Shown here: positions 30,019 through 39,610 of the stretch, piece after piece | How positions within the stretch are numbered: the first letter of the stretch is position 1 | How the letters are laid out: every line of letters starts with the position of its first letter | The notes under the pieces: model-generated | Databases searched by the model: none | Told to the model about the DNA's origin: nothing | Seen by the model: only the letters and a program-made list of their open reading frames with translations | Origin: Pirellulales bacterium | Lineage (GTDB): Bacteria > Planctomycetota > Planctomycetia > Pirellulales > JAICIG01 | Direction: 5' to 3' | NCBI GenBank assembly: GCA_035550375.1 | Contig: DASZPH010000085.1 | Span: 271,769 to 335,768, forward strand | Length of the DNA stretch: 64,000 bases | Program-made: the position numbers and the translations under genes

Positions 30019-32184
30019 TCAGCCTAACACCGGGTAGCCGTTCATGTGCAAAAGCCACAACAGGGGCTCCAGCAGGCCGACCGGGGCAATCGTGCGACGG
30101 CTCAAATCCCGCTCGCCGAGGCCGTCCAGCCCGACCGGCGAAAGCGGAAAGAACAAGAACCGGCCACCGAACAGATCGTCGATCTGACGCTCGATCTGCC
30201 AGCCCGGCCAGATCGTGTCGCGAAGCTGGCCCATCACCTTCGAGCGGGCCTCGATCGTCTGGATGCTCATGTCCCAATCGATCTCCCCCAGGTCGCGATA
30301 GAATTTTTCGATGGCTCCCCCGCCGTGCGGATCGGCGTAGGGTTGGCTGACCATCAGATCGATCTTCGAGACGCACAGCGCGATCGGGACGTGCACTTGC
30401 TTGCCCGCCCCGATGCCCTTGATGCGGCGCAGATCCTCGCGAAAACCGGCCAGCGCCTGCGACTGCGTCTCACTTGGCTCGGTCGGATCGAGGAAGAAGA
30501 AAAATCCGTCGCCGTCGAGGGCCCGCTGCCGCTGGCGGTCGTCGATCGTCTGACTGCGGATCACTTCGCCCGAATAATCAAAAATGTTGACCAGCACGTT
30601 CGACGTGCCGAAGCGGTCGTGGTCGAGGAAGTTGAAGATCAACGGATGGGGGATGCGGCCCACTTGGGTCGCCATCGGCCCCAACTTCTTGTTCAGGATT
30701 TCGTCGACCACGATGTCGAAATCGTCCGAGCTGGTCGAACGGATCCGCTCGAACTGAACCGCGCTGGGATAATTGCCCCGGTTCAGCTCGCGGTAGACCA
30801 TCGCCAGCCAGTGCGTCTTGCCGGCCTGCGGGATGCCCAGCGTGGGGAAGCAGAGCTTGACGTTCTGGCGGTACATGGCCGAAAACGTGAAGTCGCACTC
30901 CTCATAGGGATGCTCGGAAATGACGTTCTTGCAGCGCACCATTTCCAGGCCCGGGTGTGAGGCGTCGCCGGTCGGCTCGAAGGTTCCCTCACCAAGGCAG
31001 AGCGGGCACGTCTCGCGGGTCTTTCGCTGGCGGCCGCGGACCTGCCTCTTGAACAGCAACCCGCCCGTGGCGGCCAGGCCGAGCAGGCCGACGCCCAATC
31101 CGCCGCGAATCCATTCCCGCTGCCGCCGGTAGGCGTCACGCTCGGCGGCGTACTGGGCGATTTTCGCGCGGGCCGAATCGAGCTCTTTGAGATCCTGCCG
31201 CAACCGATCGGCCACCGTCCTCTGGCTCGCCAGTTCCTGGGTCAATCGCACGACCGCCTGCGACGCTCGCTGGGTCAGTTCCAGCAGGCCGGCCGCTGAG
31301 GCCGCATCCGGCTGGCCGGTTCGCCACTTGTTTGCCGCATCTTTGTATGCCGCCTCGGCGGACCGTTTGTGTTCTTGGGCTTGAGCCCGTTCGGCGTCGA
31401 TCGACTTGTTTTGCTCGACGAAGGCCTGGCGAGGCGATGGCTCGGCCCCCATGCCCGCCTGCAACAACCACTGATAGAGACGATCGCCGAAGACGAACGT
31501 GGCCAAGGTGACGATCGCCACGAACGTCAGCAGGCCGGTGAGGAATTTGGAGAGTCCCAGGGCGCGGGCTCGGCCGCCGTTGAGCCACCGGCGGATCTCA
31601 TGGCGCCGCTCGTGAAGGGTCACCGCCGCCACGCTGCCGAGGGCAAACAGGCCACAAAGCCAGAACCAGCGGTTGTCGACGCTCAAGAGCGACGCCATCT
31701 GCCCGGCGATCTGCTGGCTGGCTTTCACCTCGTACAGTTCAAGTTGCTGGTTGTAGAGCGTCGTCCGCACGCCGCGCCAGTCGTCGATGAGCTGTGTGCC
31801 CTCGGCGGCCGCGTCGTCGGCGTCCCGCTCAATCGCCCGCACAACCTTCTGGCCTTCCTTTTCGGCAATCTCCGCCAGCGCCCTTCGCTCGTCGTCGGCC
31901 AGCCCGGACAGCATGGCGGTTACGCTTGCGCCGGGATGTCCGCCCGACGACAACCATTCCTGCTCGCGCTTCAGCGTCTCGGCGGCCGCTTGCGCCTGCG
32001 CCTGGCTGACGACGCTTTCGACGTAGTGGCCGGCCAGGCGGACCGCCTCGCCGCGGGGTTCGCCGGCCAGGGCCGGTCCCGCAAGGCCGTCCGCCGCGCT
32101 TGCCGCGTTGCCCGATGCAACCGCCAGAACGAGCCAGCCGAGTCGGACGATGCTGTGGCGACCCATTCCAGTTGGCAAATGCAC
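30019..32184 (-). CDS. membrane-anchored P-loop GTPase-like protein with coiled-coil regions and a zinc-ribbon-like motif
   Basis: Signal-like N-terminus. TMs 'WFWLCGLFALGSVAAVTL', 'LTGLLTFVAIVTLATFVFG', 'GLGVGLLGLAATGGLLF'. 'CPLCLGEG...VRCKN...YEEC'. G1 'GIPQAGKTH' (30811-30837), G3-like 'IFDYSGE', G4-like 'CVSKIDL'. Confidence 0.65.
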   Translation of the reverse strand: MHLPTGMGRHSIVRLGWLVLAVASGNAASAADGLAGPALAGEPRGEAVRLAGHYVESVVSQAQAQAAAETLKREQEWLSSGGHPGASVTAMLSGLADDERRALAEIAEKEGQKVVRAIERDADDAAAEGTQLIDDWRGVRTTLYNQQLELYEVKASQQIAGQMASLLSVDNRWFWLCGLFALGSVAAVTLHERRHEIRRWLNGGRARALGLSKFLTGLLTFVAIVTLATFVFGDRLYQWLLQAGMGAEPSPRQAFVEQNKSIDAERAQAQEHKRSAEAAYKDAANKWRTGQPDAASAAGLLELTQRASQAVVRLTQELASQRTVADRLRQDLKELDSARAKIAQYAAERDAYRRQREWIRGGLGVGLLGLAATGGLLFKRQVRGRQRKTRETCPLCLGEGTFEPTGDASHPGLEMVRCKNVISEHPYEECDFTFSAMYRQNVKLCFPTLGIPQAGKTHWLAMVYRELNRGNYPSAVQFERIRSTSSDDFDIVVDEILNKKLGPMATQVGRIPHPLIFNFLDHDRFGTSNVLVNIFDYSGEVIRSQTIDDRQRQRALDGDGFFFFLDPTEPSETQSQALAGFREDLRRIKGIGAGKQVHVPIALCVSKIDLMVSQPYADPHGGGAIEKFYRDLGEIDWDMSIQTIEARSKVMGQLRDTIWPGWQIERQIDDLFGGRFLFFPLSPVGLDGLGERDLSRRTIAPVGLLEPLLWLLHMNGYPVLG

Positions 32185-32391
32185 GATAAGCGTCGGGAAA
32201 ACAGAGGTACTGGACCGGCGCGGTCGAGGGGTTTAGAGGTGTTTTGTTCGACAAAACCCTTCTTTTGACCATACCTGCGGCAATTCCTGCTGTCAAAAAG
32301 CGCACGCCGGTTGCAAACGGCCGCGCGGCGAAATACTCTGGAACCCGTCTTCTCCCCTGCGTCTGACGTTTTTAGTTGGAAGGAAGCCTTC

Positions 32392-33408
32392 ATGAAGCGC
32401 GCGCCGCGGCTTCGCGCACGCCTCCGGTGGTGCCCGATCGTGTCGACAATCGTCCTGGCGACCGCTTGCGCGCGCACGTCCGCGGTTGATGCGGCGGAAC
32501 CGGCTTATGATGTCAACGCGCTAGACCAGGAGTTCGCCGCGTCGGCCGCCGAGAACCCCAAACTTCAAGGCGCGTGGATCGACCTCGATTACGAGCCCAG
32601 CGCGGATGAATCGCTCCCCGGCAGGTTCACGGTCCGCCGAGTGCTCGATTCAAGCCGGGCGGACACGCAGCGAGCCGAGATTGACCGCGTCGCGGCCGGC
32701 TGGCTTCCTGCGGGCCGCTATCAGGTCAGGCCGCAGGCCGACCGGCTCTATCCCTTCTCGCGCCTTCTGGCCGACCTGGAGCTGGCGATCGAAACCGAGC
32801 CGACCCTGAGCGGCTGCCAGATCACGGGGGGTTATTACGCGGGCGACCCGAACGAGCCGGGCGCGCTCAACCTCGTGCTTCGCGGCCGGATCGCCCGTGA
32901 AGACCAGGACGTCGAGATCGAGGGGCTTTGCGGACGATTGATGCGTCGCGACCCGGCCTGGATCAAACCCAGCAACGGTCGACGAGGCGATCCCGGTGCG
33001 AACGTCGCGCTGGCGATCGCCCCCAAGACGACGGAGCTGAAGGTGGTCGAACCGTCGGAGGCCAACGGCCGCTGGTTCTACGCCGCGGGCCTGCGGCACT
33101 TCTGGAAGCTCGACTACGCCCGCGCCGCGCGGGCTTTCCACCAGGCGACGCTCGAATCGCCGCGCACGCTGCAATATCACTACTGGTGGATCCTGGCCGA
33201 CCTGGGCCAGGGCAAGAAGCAACTGGCCCGCCGCCGGATGGACATGGTCGCCCGCCGCTTCCGCGAAGAGGATTTTGATCACCAGTCGCCCGAATACCGG
33301 CTTGTCGTCCGCTCGTTGGAGCGCGTGCAGGGGCCGTTGCGTCAATCGTTGCAGCGGCTGGAGACGCAAGCCCTGTTCGGCAACTCGCAGCTTGGCGCGA
33401 ATTACTGA
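32392..33408 (+). CDS. secreted hypothetical protein
   Basis: ATG 32392 preceded by GGAAGG. Signal-like 'MKRAPRLRARLRWCPIVSTIVLATACA'. C-terminal helical (TPR-like) 'WFYAAGLRHFWKLDYARAARAFHQA'. Confidence 0.5.
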   Translation: MKRAPRLRARLRWCPIVSTIVLATACARTSAVDAAEPAYDVNALDQEFAASAAENPKLQGAWIDLDYEPSADESLPGRFTVRRVLDSSRADTQRAEIDRVAAGWLPAGRYQVRPQADRLYPFSRLLADLELAIETEPTLSGCQITGGYYAGDPNEPGALNLVLRGRIAREDQDVEIEGLCGRLMRRDPAWIKPSNGRRGDPGANVALAIAPKTTELKVVEPSEANGRWFYAAGLRHFWKLDYARAARAFHQATLESPRTLQYHYWWILADLGQGKKQLARRRMDMVARRFREEDFDHQSPEYRLVVRSLERVQGPLRQSLQRLETQALFGNSQLGANY

Positions 33409-34706
33409 TCGCGGCGCTCCGGCTGTTTTGAGCGGCGGGCAATGTTATTTCTCGCCCCCGGCGTTTCGCCGCCGTTTATCGCGCCGCGAACCAGAGTATC
33501 GTCGACGACTTGCACGAGTTCGCGGGCACCTGGGTGATAGTGCGTGGGCTCGAATCCCTGCAGATACCCTGTACGCGCGCCGTCAATAACGTCCCAGCGA
33601 GAGAGGCCGCTCGGATCGGATGAGAACAGCCAATGTCCGTCGCTGAAGAATGAACCGGCAGGACCGGCAAACGCTGTAAGCTCGCAAGGCCAGGGCCCGT
33701 CGACAGCACGCCAGCGAACCTCTCCATCTCCCGTTAAGGAAACGTCAAAGATGCGGGCACCTTCGATCATATCCTGGTCATCGTCGCCGATCCCGCCTAT
33801 GACTATCCGGCTATCATCGAGCCAAGTTAGTGCATGATCCCAGTAATAATGACGTGCGCATATGGCTTTCCGCGACGGTCCATCTTCGGACTCCCATACG
33901 TTGTCAGAGATCCACGGTTCGAGCTTCCAAGTTGCCGGAACGCCAACGGGATGCCACACCCAACCATCATCAACGATACGAACACTGTTCGGACTAATTT
34001 GGATCGCCCCGTGGAAGTAATCCAGATCGTGAATTGGTCGGTCCTCTCCCGGCCCCCAGCTTGTCGGATTCCGATCGGTCAGTAAGGTTCCGGTCAAGGG
34101 ATCGGACACGTCGAGCCGGTTCCAGTCCGTGCGATGGATGGCCACCGTCCGCCCCTTGACGTGGGCAAAGGTGAACGAGAACGGGACCGTTTCCGCGTTA
34201 TCATCGCCGCCGTAAAGCGATAGGGTCACTCGGCCGGATCGGAGGTCAATGACCTGACCATAATATCCATAGTCATTGACGATGGCGGCAAAATCGCCAT
34301 TTGGAGCAGCATGCAAGCGCGGTTTCAGGATTCGATCACGCCAAGGTTCGTGATCGGGTTCCGAGGGGAGAGTTGCGCGTACGAGGCGATTCCACTCGCA
34401 GGTGTCGGCATCGAATCGGGCGATCAGGCCGTCTTCAGCGAGTAACAGCCAGTGCGACCGCCCGTCCCGAAGGATCGGAGAAACATCAACGATCTTGCCG
34501 AGCTCTCGTGGCAGAGCCGTGTTCTCAAGTGGAAGGTCGAAGGCTTCGCAACGAGACCGAATCTCGGGCTTCCCACGAACCCCCATGAAACGGCCAACTG
34601 CAGTTGCGGCGTGCTCGAGGCACTCCTGGCAAACAACGTCGCTGGTGACCGGTCGCCCTGTCTCACGCTCATGCGCGCAGGAATTGCAGAGCAATTCGGA
34701 ATCCAT
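33402..34706 (-). CDS. hypothetical protein with N-terminal CxxC...CxxC motif and beta-rich body
   Basis: 'LLCNSCAHE...VVCQECLEH' followed by repeated W/D/G-rich strands. Start ATG (CAT 34704-34706) inside track ORF 33402..34817. Locally lower GC by eye. Confidence 0.5.
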   Translation of the reverse strand: MDSELLCNSCAHERETGRPVTSDVVCQECLEHAATAVGRFMGVRGKPEIRSRCEAFDLPLENTALPRELGKIVDVSPILRDGRSHWLLLAEDGLIARFDADTCEWNRLVRATLPSEPDHEPWRDRILKPRLHAAPNGDFAAIVNDYGYYGQVIDLRSGRVTLSLYGGDDNAETVPFSFTFAHVKGRTVAIHRTDWNRLDVSDPLTGTLLTDRNPTSWGPGEDRPIHDLDYFHGAIQISPNSVRIVDDGWVWHPVGVPATWKLEPWISDNVWESEDGPSRKAICARHYYWDHALTWLDDSRIVIGGIGDDDQDMIEGARIFDVSLTGDGEVRWRAVDGPWPCELTAFAGPAGSFFSDGHWLFSSDPSGLSRWDVIDGARTGYLQGFEPTHYHPGARELVQVVDDTLVRGAINGGETPGARNNIARRSKQPERRDQ

Positions 34707-34880
34707 CGCAAAGCCGGTGTACCACCTTACGTAGCTGAGCCAAGGTTGTCGGCAGGTGCGAAGATGAACGCAAACCGGTGTTCCGGACGGTTCGCGATCG
34801 TGACCACACGCCAGCATTCTGTCACCTCGGATCGCTACTGTTCCATTCCGTGGTCACTAGCCGCCGCCGGCCCGCTCCGA

Positions 34881-37805
34881 TCAGCAATGCTGCACGCGTT
34901 TCGGCCGATCACTTTTTTGCCCCGATTGCCTGTTCGCTTGGGCAGGCAACAGTTCTGCTAGAAACCTGCCCGTGTACGACTTCTTGCATGCCGCGATTTC
35001 CTCAGGCGTGCCACAGGCGATCAGCTCGCCGCCGTTGTGGCCTCCCTCGGGCCCGAGATCGATCACGTAGTCGGCCGTCTTGATCACGTCGAGGTTGTGC
35101 TCGATGACGACCACCGAATGACCGTTGTCGACCAGGCGATTCAGGCTGTCGAGCAGCCGGTCGATGTCGGCAAAGTGCAGGCCGGTGGTCGGCTCGTCGA
35201 GAATGTACAGATTGTGCTTGCCGCGTTTCAGCTTGCCGAGCTCGCCGGCCAGCTTCACGCGCTGAGCTTCGCCGCCGGAGAGAATCGTCGAGGGGTGACC
35301 GAGCTTGATGTAGCCAAGCCCCAGATCCTCCAGGACGCTGATCTTGCGGGCAATCGATAGCTCATCGGAGAAGAATTGCACGCCTTCTTCCACCGACAGG
35401 TCGAGCACTTCGGCGATATTCTTGCCATGGTACTCGACCTCAAGCGTGTCTTCGTTGTACCGCGTTCCCTTGCAGGTAGGGCAGAGAACCTCCACGTCGG
35501 GCATGAACGAGAGTTGAGTCGTGATCGTCCCTTCGCCGCTGCACTCCTCGCAACGGCCCCCCTTGACGTTGAAGCTGAAGGTCGAGGCGGTGAAGCCGCG
35601 TTTTTTCGCCTGGTTGGTTTCCGCGAACAGCGTGCGAATCGCGTCGTAAAAGCCGATGTAGGTGGCGGGGTTCGAGCGCGACGAGCGGCCGATCGGCGAT
35701 TGGTCGACGTCGATCACGTCGCTGATGTGTTCGCTGCCCGTGAGTTCGTCGTGATCGCCGGCGAAGACGCGGCTGTCATAGAGCAGTGAAAAGAGCCGCT
35801 TGTGGACGATTTCGTGAATCAGCGAGCTCTTTCCCGAACCCGACGCGCCCGTCACGCAGACGAATTGTTCGAGCGGAATCGTCACGTCGAGGTTCTTGAG
35901 ATTGTTCTGGCGAGCGCCGCGCACGGTCAGCGACTTGCCGCTCGCCGGCCGGCGCCGTGCGGGGACGGCGATGCTCTTCTTGCCGCTAAGGTATTGGCCG
36001 GTGAGCGATTTCCCGTCCTTCAGGATCTTCTTCAAAGGCCCTGCGGCGACAATCTTGCCGCCGTGCACGCCGGGGCCGGGCCCGATTTCGAGAATATGGT
36101 CGGCCGCCTGAATGGTGTCGGCATCGTGCTCGACCACGATCACCGTGTTGCCGAGATCGCGCAGCCGCTTGAGCGTCTCGATCATCTTGACGTTATCCTT
36201 GGGATGCAGGCCGATGCTCGGTTCGTCGAGCACGTACAGCATGCCCATCAAGCCGGAGCCGATCTGTGACGACAGCCGGATGCGTTGCGATTCGCCGCCC
36301 GAAAGCGTCGCCGAGCGGCGATTCAGGCTCAGATAGTCCAGCCCGATCGCGATCAGCAGTTCCAGCCGCGTGGTCACCTCGCGCACGATGGTGTCGGCGA
36401 TGGCACGCTGCTTGGGCGCCGGTTTGATCGATTTCAGAAACCGGAGCAGTTCGGCCAGGTGCATCTCGCCGATCTCGAAGAGATTGCGGCCCTCGATGGT
36501 GACGAGCCGCCGGGCGAGTTTCAGGCGGGCGCCGCCGCATTCCGGGCAATCGTACTCGACCATCACCTTCTTGAGATATTCGTCCATGCCGGCGTTCGAA
36601 GTGCCCTGCTTGCGGTATCTCCGGTAGTGGTCTTCCAGTTGATTGACGACGCCGTGAAACTTGATTTTCTTGCCGGCGTGTTGCTGGCCCACCTTGGCTT
36701 TGGGAGGTACGACGACCGTGAACTGCTCCCCCTTGGTGCCGTAGAACAGGATTTGCACGTGCTCTTCCGCCAGATCCTGAAAGGGCGTGTCGAGGCTAAA
36801 GCCGTAGTGGGCAGCAAGACTGTGGAGCATGCGGCCGCCCCAGCTATCGGGGCTGTTTCCGAGCGCGGCGTTGACGAACGCTCCCTCGTTCAAGCTGCGT
36901 TTCGGATCGGGTACGAGCAACGATGGGTGCACGCGCATGGCCGTGCCGATGCCGGCGCAGGTCGGGCAGGCGCCGGCCGGATCGTTGAACGTGAACTGGA
37001 AGGCTTGCATCTCCGCGGCCACGAGTCGATGCCGCGTGCAGCCGAAGCCGTCGTAGAACTTCTTGTGCACGCCGCTGGGCTGCTTCGGTTTCACGATGTG
37101 AAAACCGAGCAAGCCATCGCCGAGCTTCAGTCCGTGTTCGAGCGACGTGATGACTTGCTGGTCGATACCCGGCTCGACGACGAACGTATCGATCACCGCC
37201 TCGACCGAATGCGGCCGGTCCTCGTCGAGCTCGATGTGCTCTCCTAGATCGCGCGGCTTGCCGTCGATTCGTGCCCGGCGATAGCCGTTCACGCGGATCT
37301 GTTCGAACAGATACTCATAATCCTCGCCGTGAATCTTGTACACCGGCGCCCGCACCTCGACCTCGGTCCCCTTCGGCAGCGATAGCAAGTGCTCCATCAT
37401 CTGGTAAGGCGTGCGGATCATGAGTTCGTCGCCGCAGAGCGGACAGTGGGGAACGCCCATCGTGGCGAACAACATCCGCAAATAGTCGGAGATGTCGGTC
37501 ATGGTGCCGACCGTCGATCGTGGGTTGGAGCCGACGGTCTTCTGATCGATCGACACCACGGGCGACAGGCCGTTGACGAAATCGACGTCGGGTTTCTTGA
37601 GCTGTCCGACGAAACGCTTGGCGAAGGTCGACATCGACGCCAGCAAGCGCCTTTGGCCTTCGGCATAAAGCGTGTCGAAGGCCAGGGACGATTTGCCGGA
37701 GCCGCTCACGCCGGTGACGACGATGAGCCTGTCGCGTGGAATTTCGACGTCGACGTTGCAGAGGTTGTTCTCCCGCGCGCCGCGAATCTCGATCGTGGTT
37801 CGCAT
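34881..37805 (-). CDS. uvrA: excinuclease ABC subunit A
   Basis: Two ABC ATPase modules ('[22 protein letters not shown]', '[11 protein letters not shown]', '[11 protein letters not shown]', '[11 protein letters not shown]', '[12 protein letters not shown]', '[12 protein letters not shown]') and zinc-finger Cys pairs. Confidence 0.95.
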   Translation of the reverse strand: MRTTIEIRGARENNLCNVDVEIPRDRLIVVTGVSGSGKSSLAFDTLYAEGQRRLLASMSTFAKRFVGQLKKPDVDFVNGLSPVVSIDQKTVGSNPRSTVGTMTDISDYLRMLFATMGVPHCPLCGDELMIRTPYQMMEHLLSLPKGTEVEVRAPVYKIHGEDYEYLFEQIRVNGYRRARIDGKPRDLGEHIELDEDRPHSVEAVIDTFVVEPGIDQQVITSLEHGLKLGDGLLGFHIVKPKQPSGVHKKFYDGFGCTRHRLVAAEMQAFQFTFNDPAGACPTCAGIGTAMRVHPSLLVPDPKRSLNEGAFVNAALGNSPDSWGGRMLHSLAAHYGFSLDTPFQDLAEEHVQILFYGTKGEQFTVVVPPKAKVGQQHAGKKIKFHGVVNQLEDHYRRYRKQGTSNAGMDEYLKKVMVEYDCPECGGARLKLARRLVTIEGRNLFEIGEMHLAELLRFLKSIKPAPKQRAIADTIVREVTTRLELLIAIGLDYLSLNRRSATLSGGESQRIRLSSQIGSGLMGMLYVLDEPSIGLHPKDNVKMIETLKRLRDLGNTVIVVEHDADTIQAADHILEIGPGPGVHGGKIVAAGPLKKILKDGKSLTGQYLSGKKSIAVPARRRPASGKSLTVRGARQNNLKNLDVTIPLEQFVCVTGASGSGKSSLIHEIVHKRLFSLLYDSRVFAGDHDELTGSEHISDVIDVDQSPIGRSSRSNPATYIGFYDAIRTLFAETNQAKKRGFTASTFSFNVKGGRCEECSGEGTITTQLSFMPDVEVLCPTCKGTRYNEDTLEVEYHGKNIAEVLDLSVEEGVQFFSDELSIARKISVLEDLGLGYIKLGHPSTILSGGEAQRVKLAGELGKLKRGKHNLYILDEPTTGLHFADIDRLLDSLNRLVDNGHSVVVIEHNLDVIKTADYVIDLGPEGGHNGGELIACGTPEEIAACKKSYTGRFLAELLPAQANRQSGQKSDRPKRVQHC

Positions 37806-37815
37806 CGGTGGCTCG

Positions 37816-38781
37816 TCAGGAAGCGTCCAGGAAATAGGCGGGTTCTTCGACCTGATCCTGGCTACGCTTCGTCAGCTTGAACGGTGCCGAGACTTTCTCC
37901 AACAGCCCTTTGCGTTCCAGCCACTCGCATGCCGACTCCAGGTGCCAGGGGTGCAACTGCGAGAAGGCGAAGTGATCGCCGATCTCCGACAACGGCACCA
38001 CGCGGTTTTGCTTTTTGAGGAAGGCAAGGAGCGGCTTCAAGTGGGCCTGGTAGTGCTCGTCGAGATAGCCTTCGATCGCATCGAGGGCCGCCGAGATCGC
38101 TCGCCGGTTCTTGCGTTTGGCCAGCACATCGAGATAGATCGTCTGAAACAGATCCGGTGCTCCCTCGATCGCCCGGTAGATGACGTCCCCTTCCCACACT
38201 TCGCCGCGGCGGATGATCTCGGTGTGCGCGACGCTGTGGGCCGCCGAGAGCGTTTCTTGTACGGCCAGTTCGAGATCCTTCTTGATGTCGAGACGTTTGC
38301 GCGCCTGGCGGTGCGAGTAGATCGTCCATGTCGAGAAGGTCAAGAGTTCGCGTTCCCGGTCCTTGGTCGCCGTGCGGTTGGCCTTTTCAAACCAGCTCTT
38401 GATGGACGGGTCTTTGCTGTGCACGATCCGGCGTTCGGCGAAGAAGTTGCAGGAGAATGCGGTACGTGATGCTCCTTCGACCATCTGCTTGAAGCGAGCA
38501 CGCGGGATCAGTTCGGCGTGAAGGTTGATGCCGTTTTCGACGAGGATGCGAAAGATCCGTTCGTCATTGCCGTCGCTGAGCACGCGCCGGGTGACGCCAT
38601 CGGCCTCGATGATCCACAACCCCAGCGATTCGCGCCGCCAGATCGTTTCCTCCTTCAGGCTCCCCACCAACACGACGGCGAGCACGTAACGATCCTCCGC
38701 GATCCGCTCGATGAATTGGTTGAGCGCGGTTTCGAACTGGGCGAGTTTTTCAGCGTCACTAGCCGGGGGCATGGCCGTCAT
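37816..38781 (-). CDS. hypothetical protein, possibly nucleotidyltransferase-fold N-domain plus winged-helix C-terminus
   Basis: '[26 protein letters not shown]' resembles the G-S strand of NTase folds. Stop lies 10 nt upstream of the uvrA start. Assignment is weak. Confidence 0.45.
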   Translation of the reverse strand: MTAMPPASDAEKLAQFETALNQFIERIAEDRYVLAVVLVGSLKEETIWRRESLGLWIIEADGVTRRVLSDGNDERIFRILVENGINLHAELIPRARFKQMVEGASRTAFSCNFFAERRIVHSKDPSIKSWFEKANRTATKDRERELLTFSTWTIYSHRQARKRLDIKKDLELAVQETLSAAHSVAHTEIIRRGEVWEGDVIYRAIEGAPDLFQTIYLDVLAKRKNRRAISAALDAIEGYLDEHYQAHLKPLLAFLKKQNRVVPLSEIGDHFAFSQLHPWHLESACEWLERKGLLEKVSAPFKLTKRSQDQVEEPAYFLDAS

Positions 38782-39115
38782 CTCGTGGTTGTGCCCGACA
38801 AATCAAAGCCGTATTTTAGTTGGAGCCAGTCCGCTGGCGAGAAGGAATTCGGATTCATTCTCGTAGGACTGGCAATGCCGCTGCATCGTTCGGTTCGACA
38901 ATTCGCATCCGCGTTTGCCACCGGCGTTAGCTGCTAAAGCTGGTGGCAGACAGACCTGCATATTCGTCTTGATGCGAGGGCCAAGGTATCGCTGCGACAG
39001 GCCCGGCTTGCCCCAGATTCCGGAGGACTTCAAAATGACGCTCCGGTTTGAACAACTGCAATGGCGCGGGCTGCATCGTGCGATCACGTCTGATTGTGGA
39101 TCTGAGGCCATCGTG

Positions 39116-39592
39116 ATGAAATACCACATCCGGCTCGAACAGGCCAGCAGTCGTCCCCTTGCGGTTGTTCGCCGTCGCGCGCAGCCGCACGAACTGTCGA
39201 AGGTCGTCCCTGAGGCCTGTGGCACGGTATGGAACGTCGTCCGGGCTGGGCCGATTCCAGGGGCGGGTCGTCATGTCGCGGTTTACCTGGACTGCCAGAT
39301 CAACCTCGAAGTGGGCGTGGAATTGGAGGCACCGTTCGGCGGCGACGGCGAAGTTATCGGCTCGGCCACTCCGGCCGGCACCGTCGCCACGACGACCCAT
39401 TTCGGGCCTTACGGTCTACTCCACGAGGCGCATGACGCGATTCGCCTGTGGTGCCAGAACAACGGGCATGCGTTGACGGGCCCCAATTGGGAGATCTACG
39501 GCCACTGGAAAGACGAGTGGAACTGCGATCCGGCCAAGATCACCACAGACGTTTTCTACCTGCTCGAGGCGGACGCGCATCCGCGCATTTGA
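39116..39592 (+). CDS. GyrI-like small-molecule-binding domain protein
   Basis: 'IRLEQASSRPLAVVRRRAQPHELSKVVPEACGTVW...GPYGLLHEAHDAIRLWCQNNGHALTGPNWEIYGHW' fits the GyrI/SbmC-like fold pattern. ATG 39116 inside track ORF 38915..39592. Confidence 0.6.
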   Translation: MKYHIRLEQASSRPLAVVRRRAQPHELSKVVPEACGTVWNVVRAGPIPGAGRHVAVYLDCQINLEVGVELEAPFGGDGEVIGSATPAGTVATTTHFGPYGLLHEAHDAIRLWCQNNGHALTGPNWEIYGHWKDEWNCDPAKITTDVFYLLEADAHPRI

Positions 39593-39610
39593 GCCACGGT
39601 TGGCCACGGG

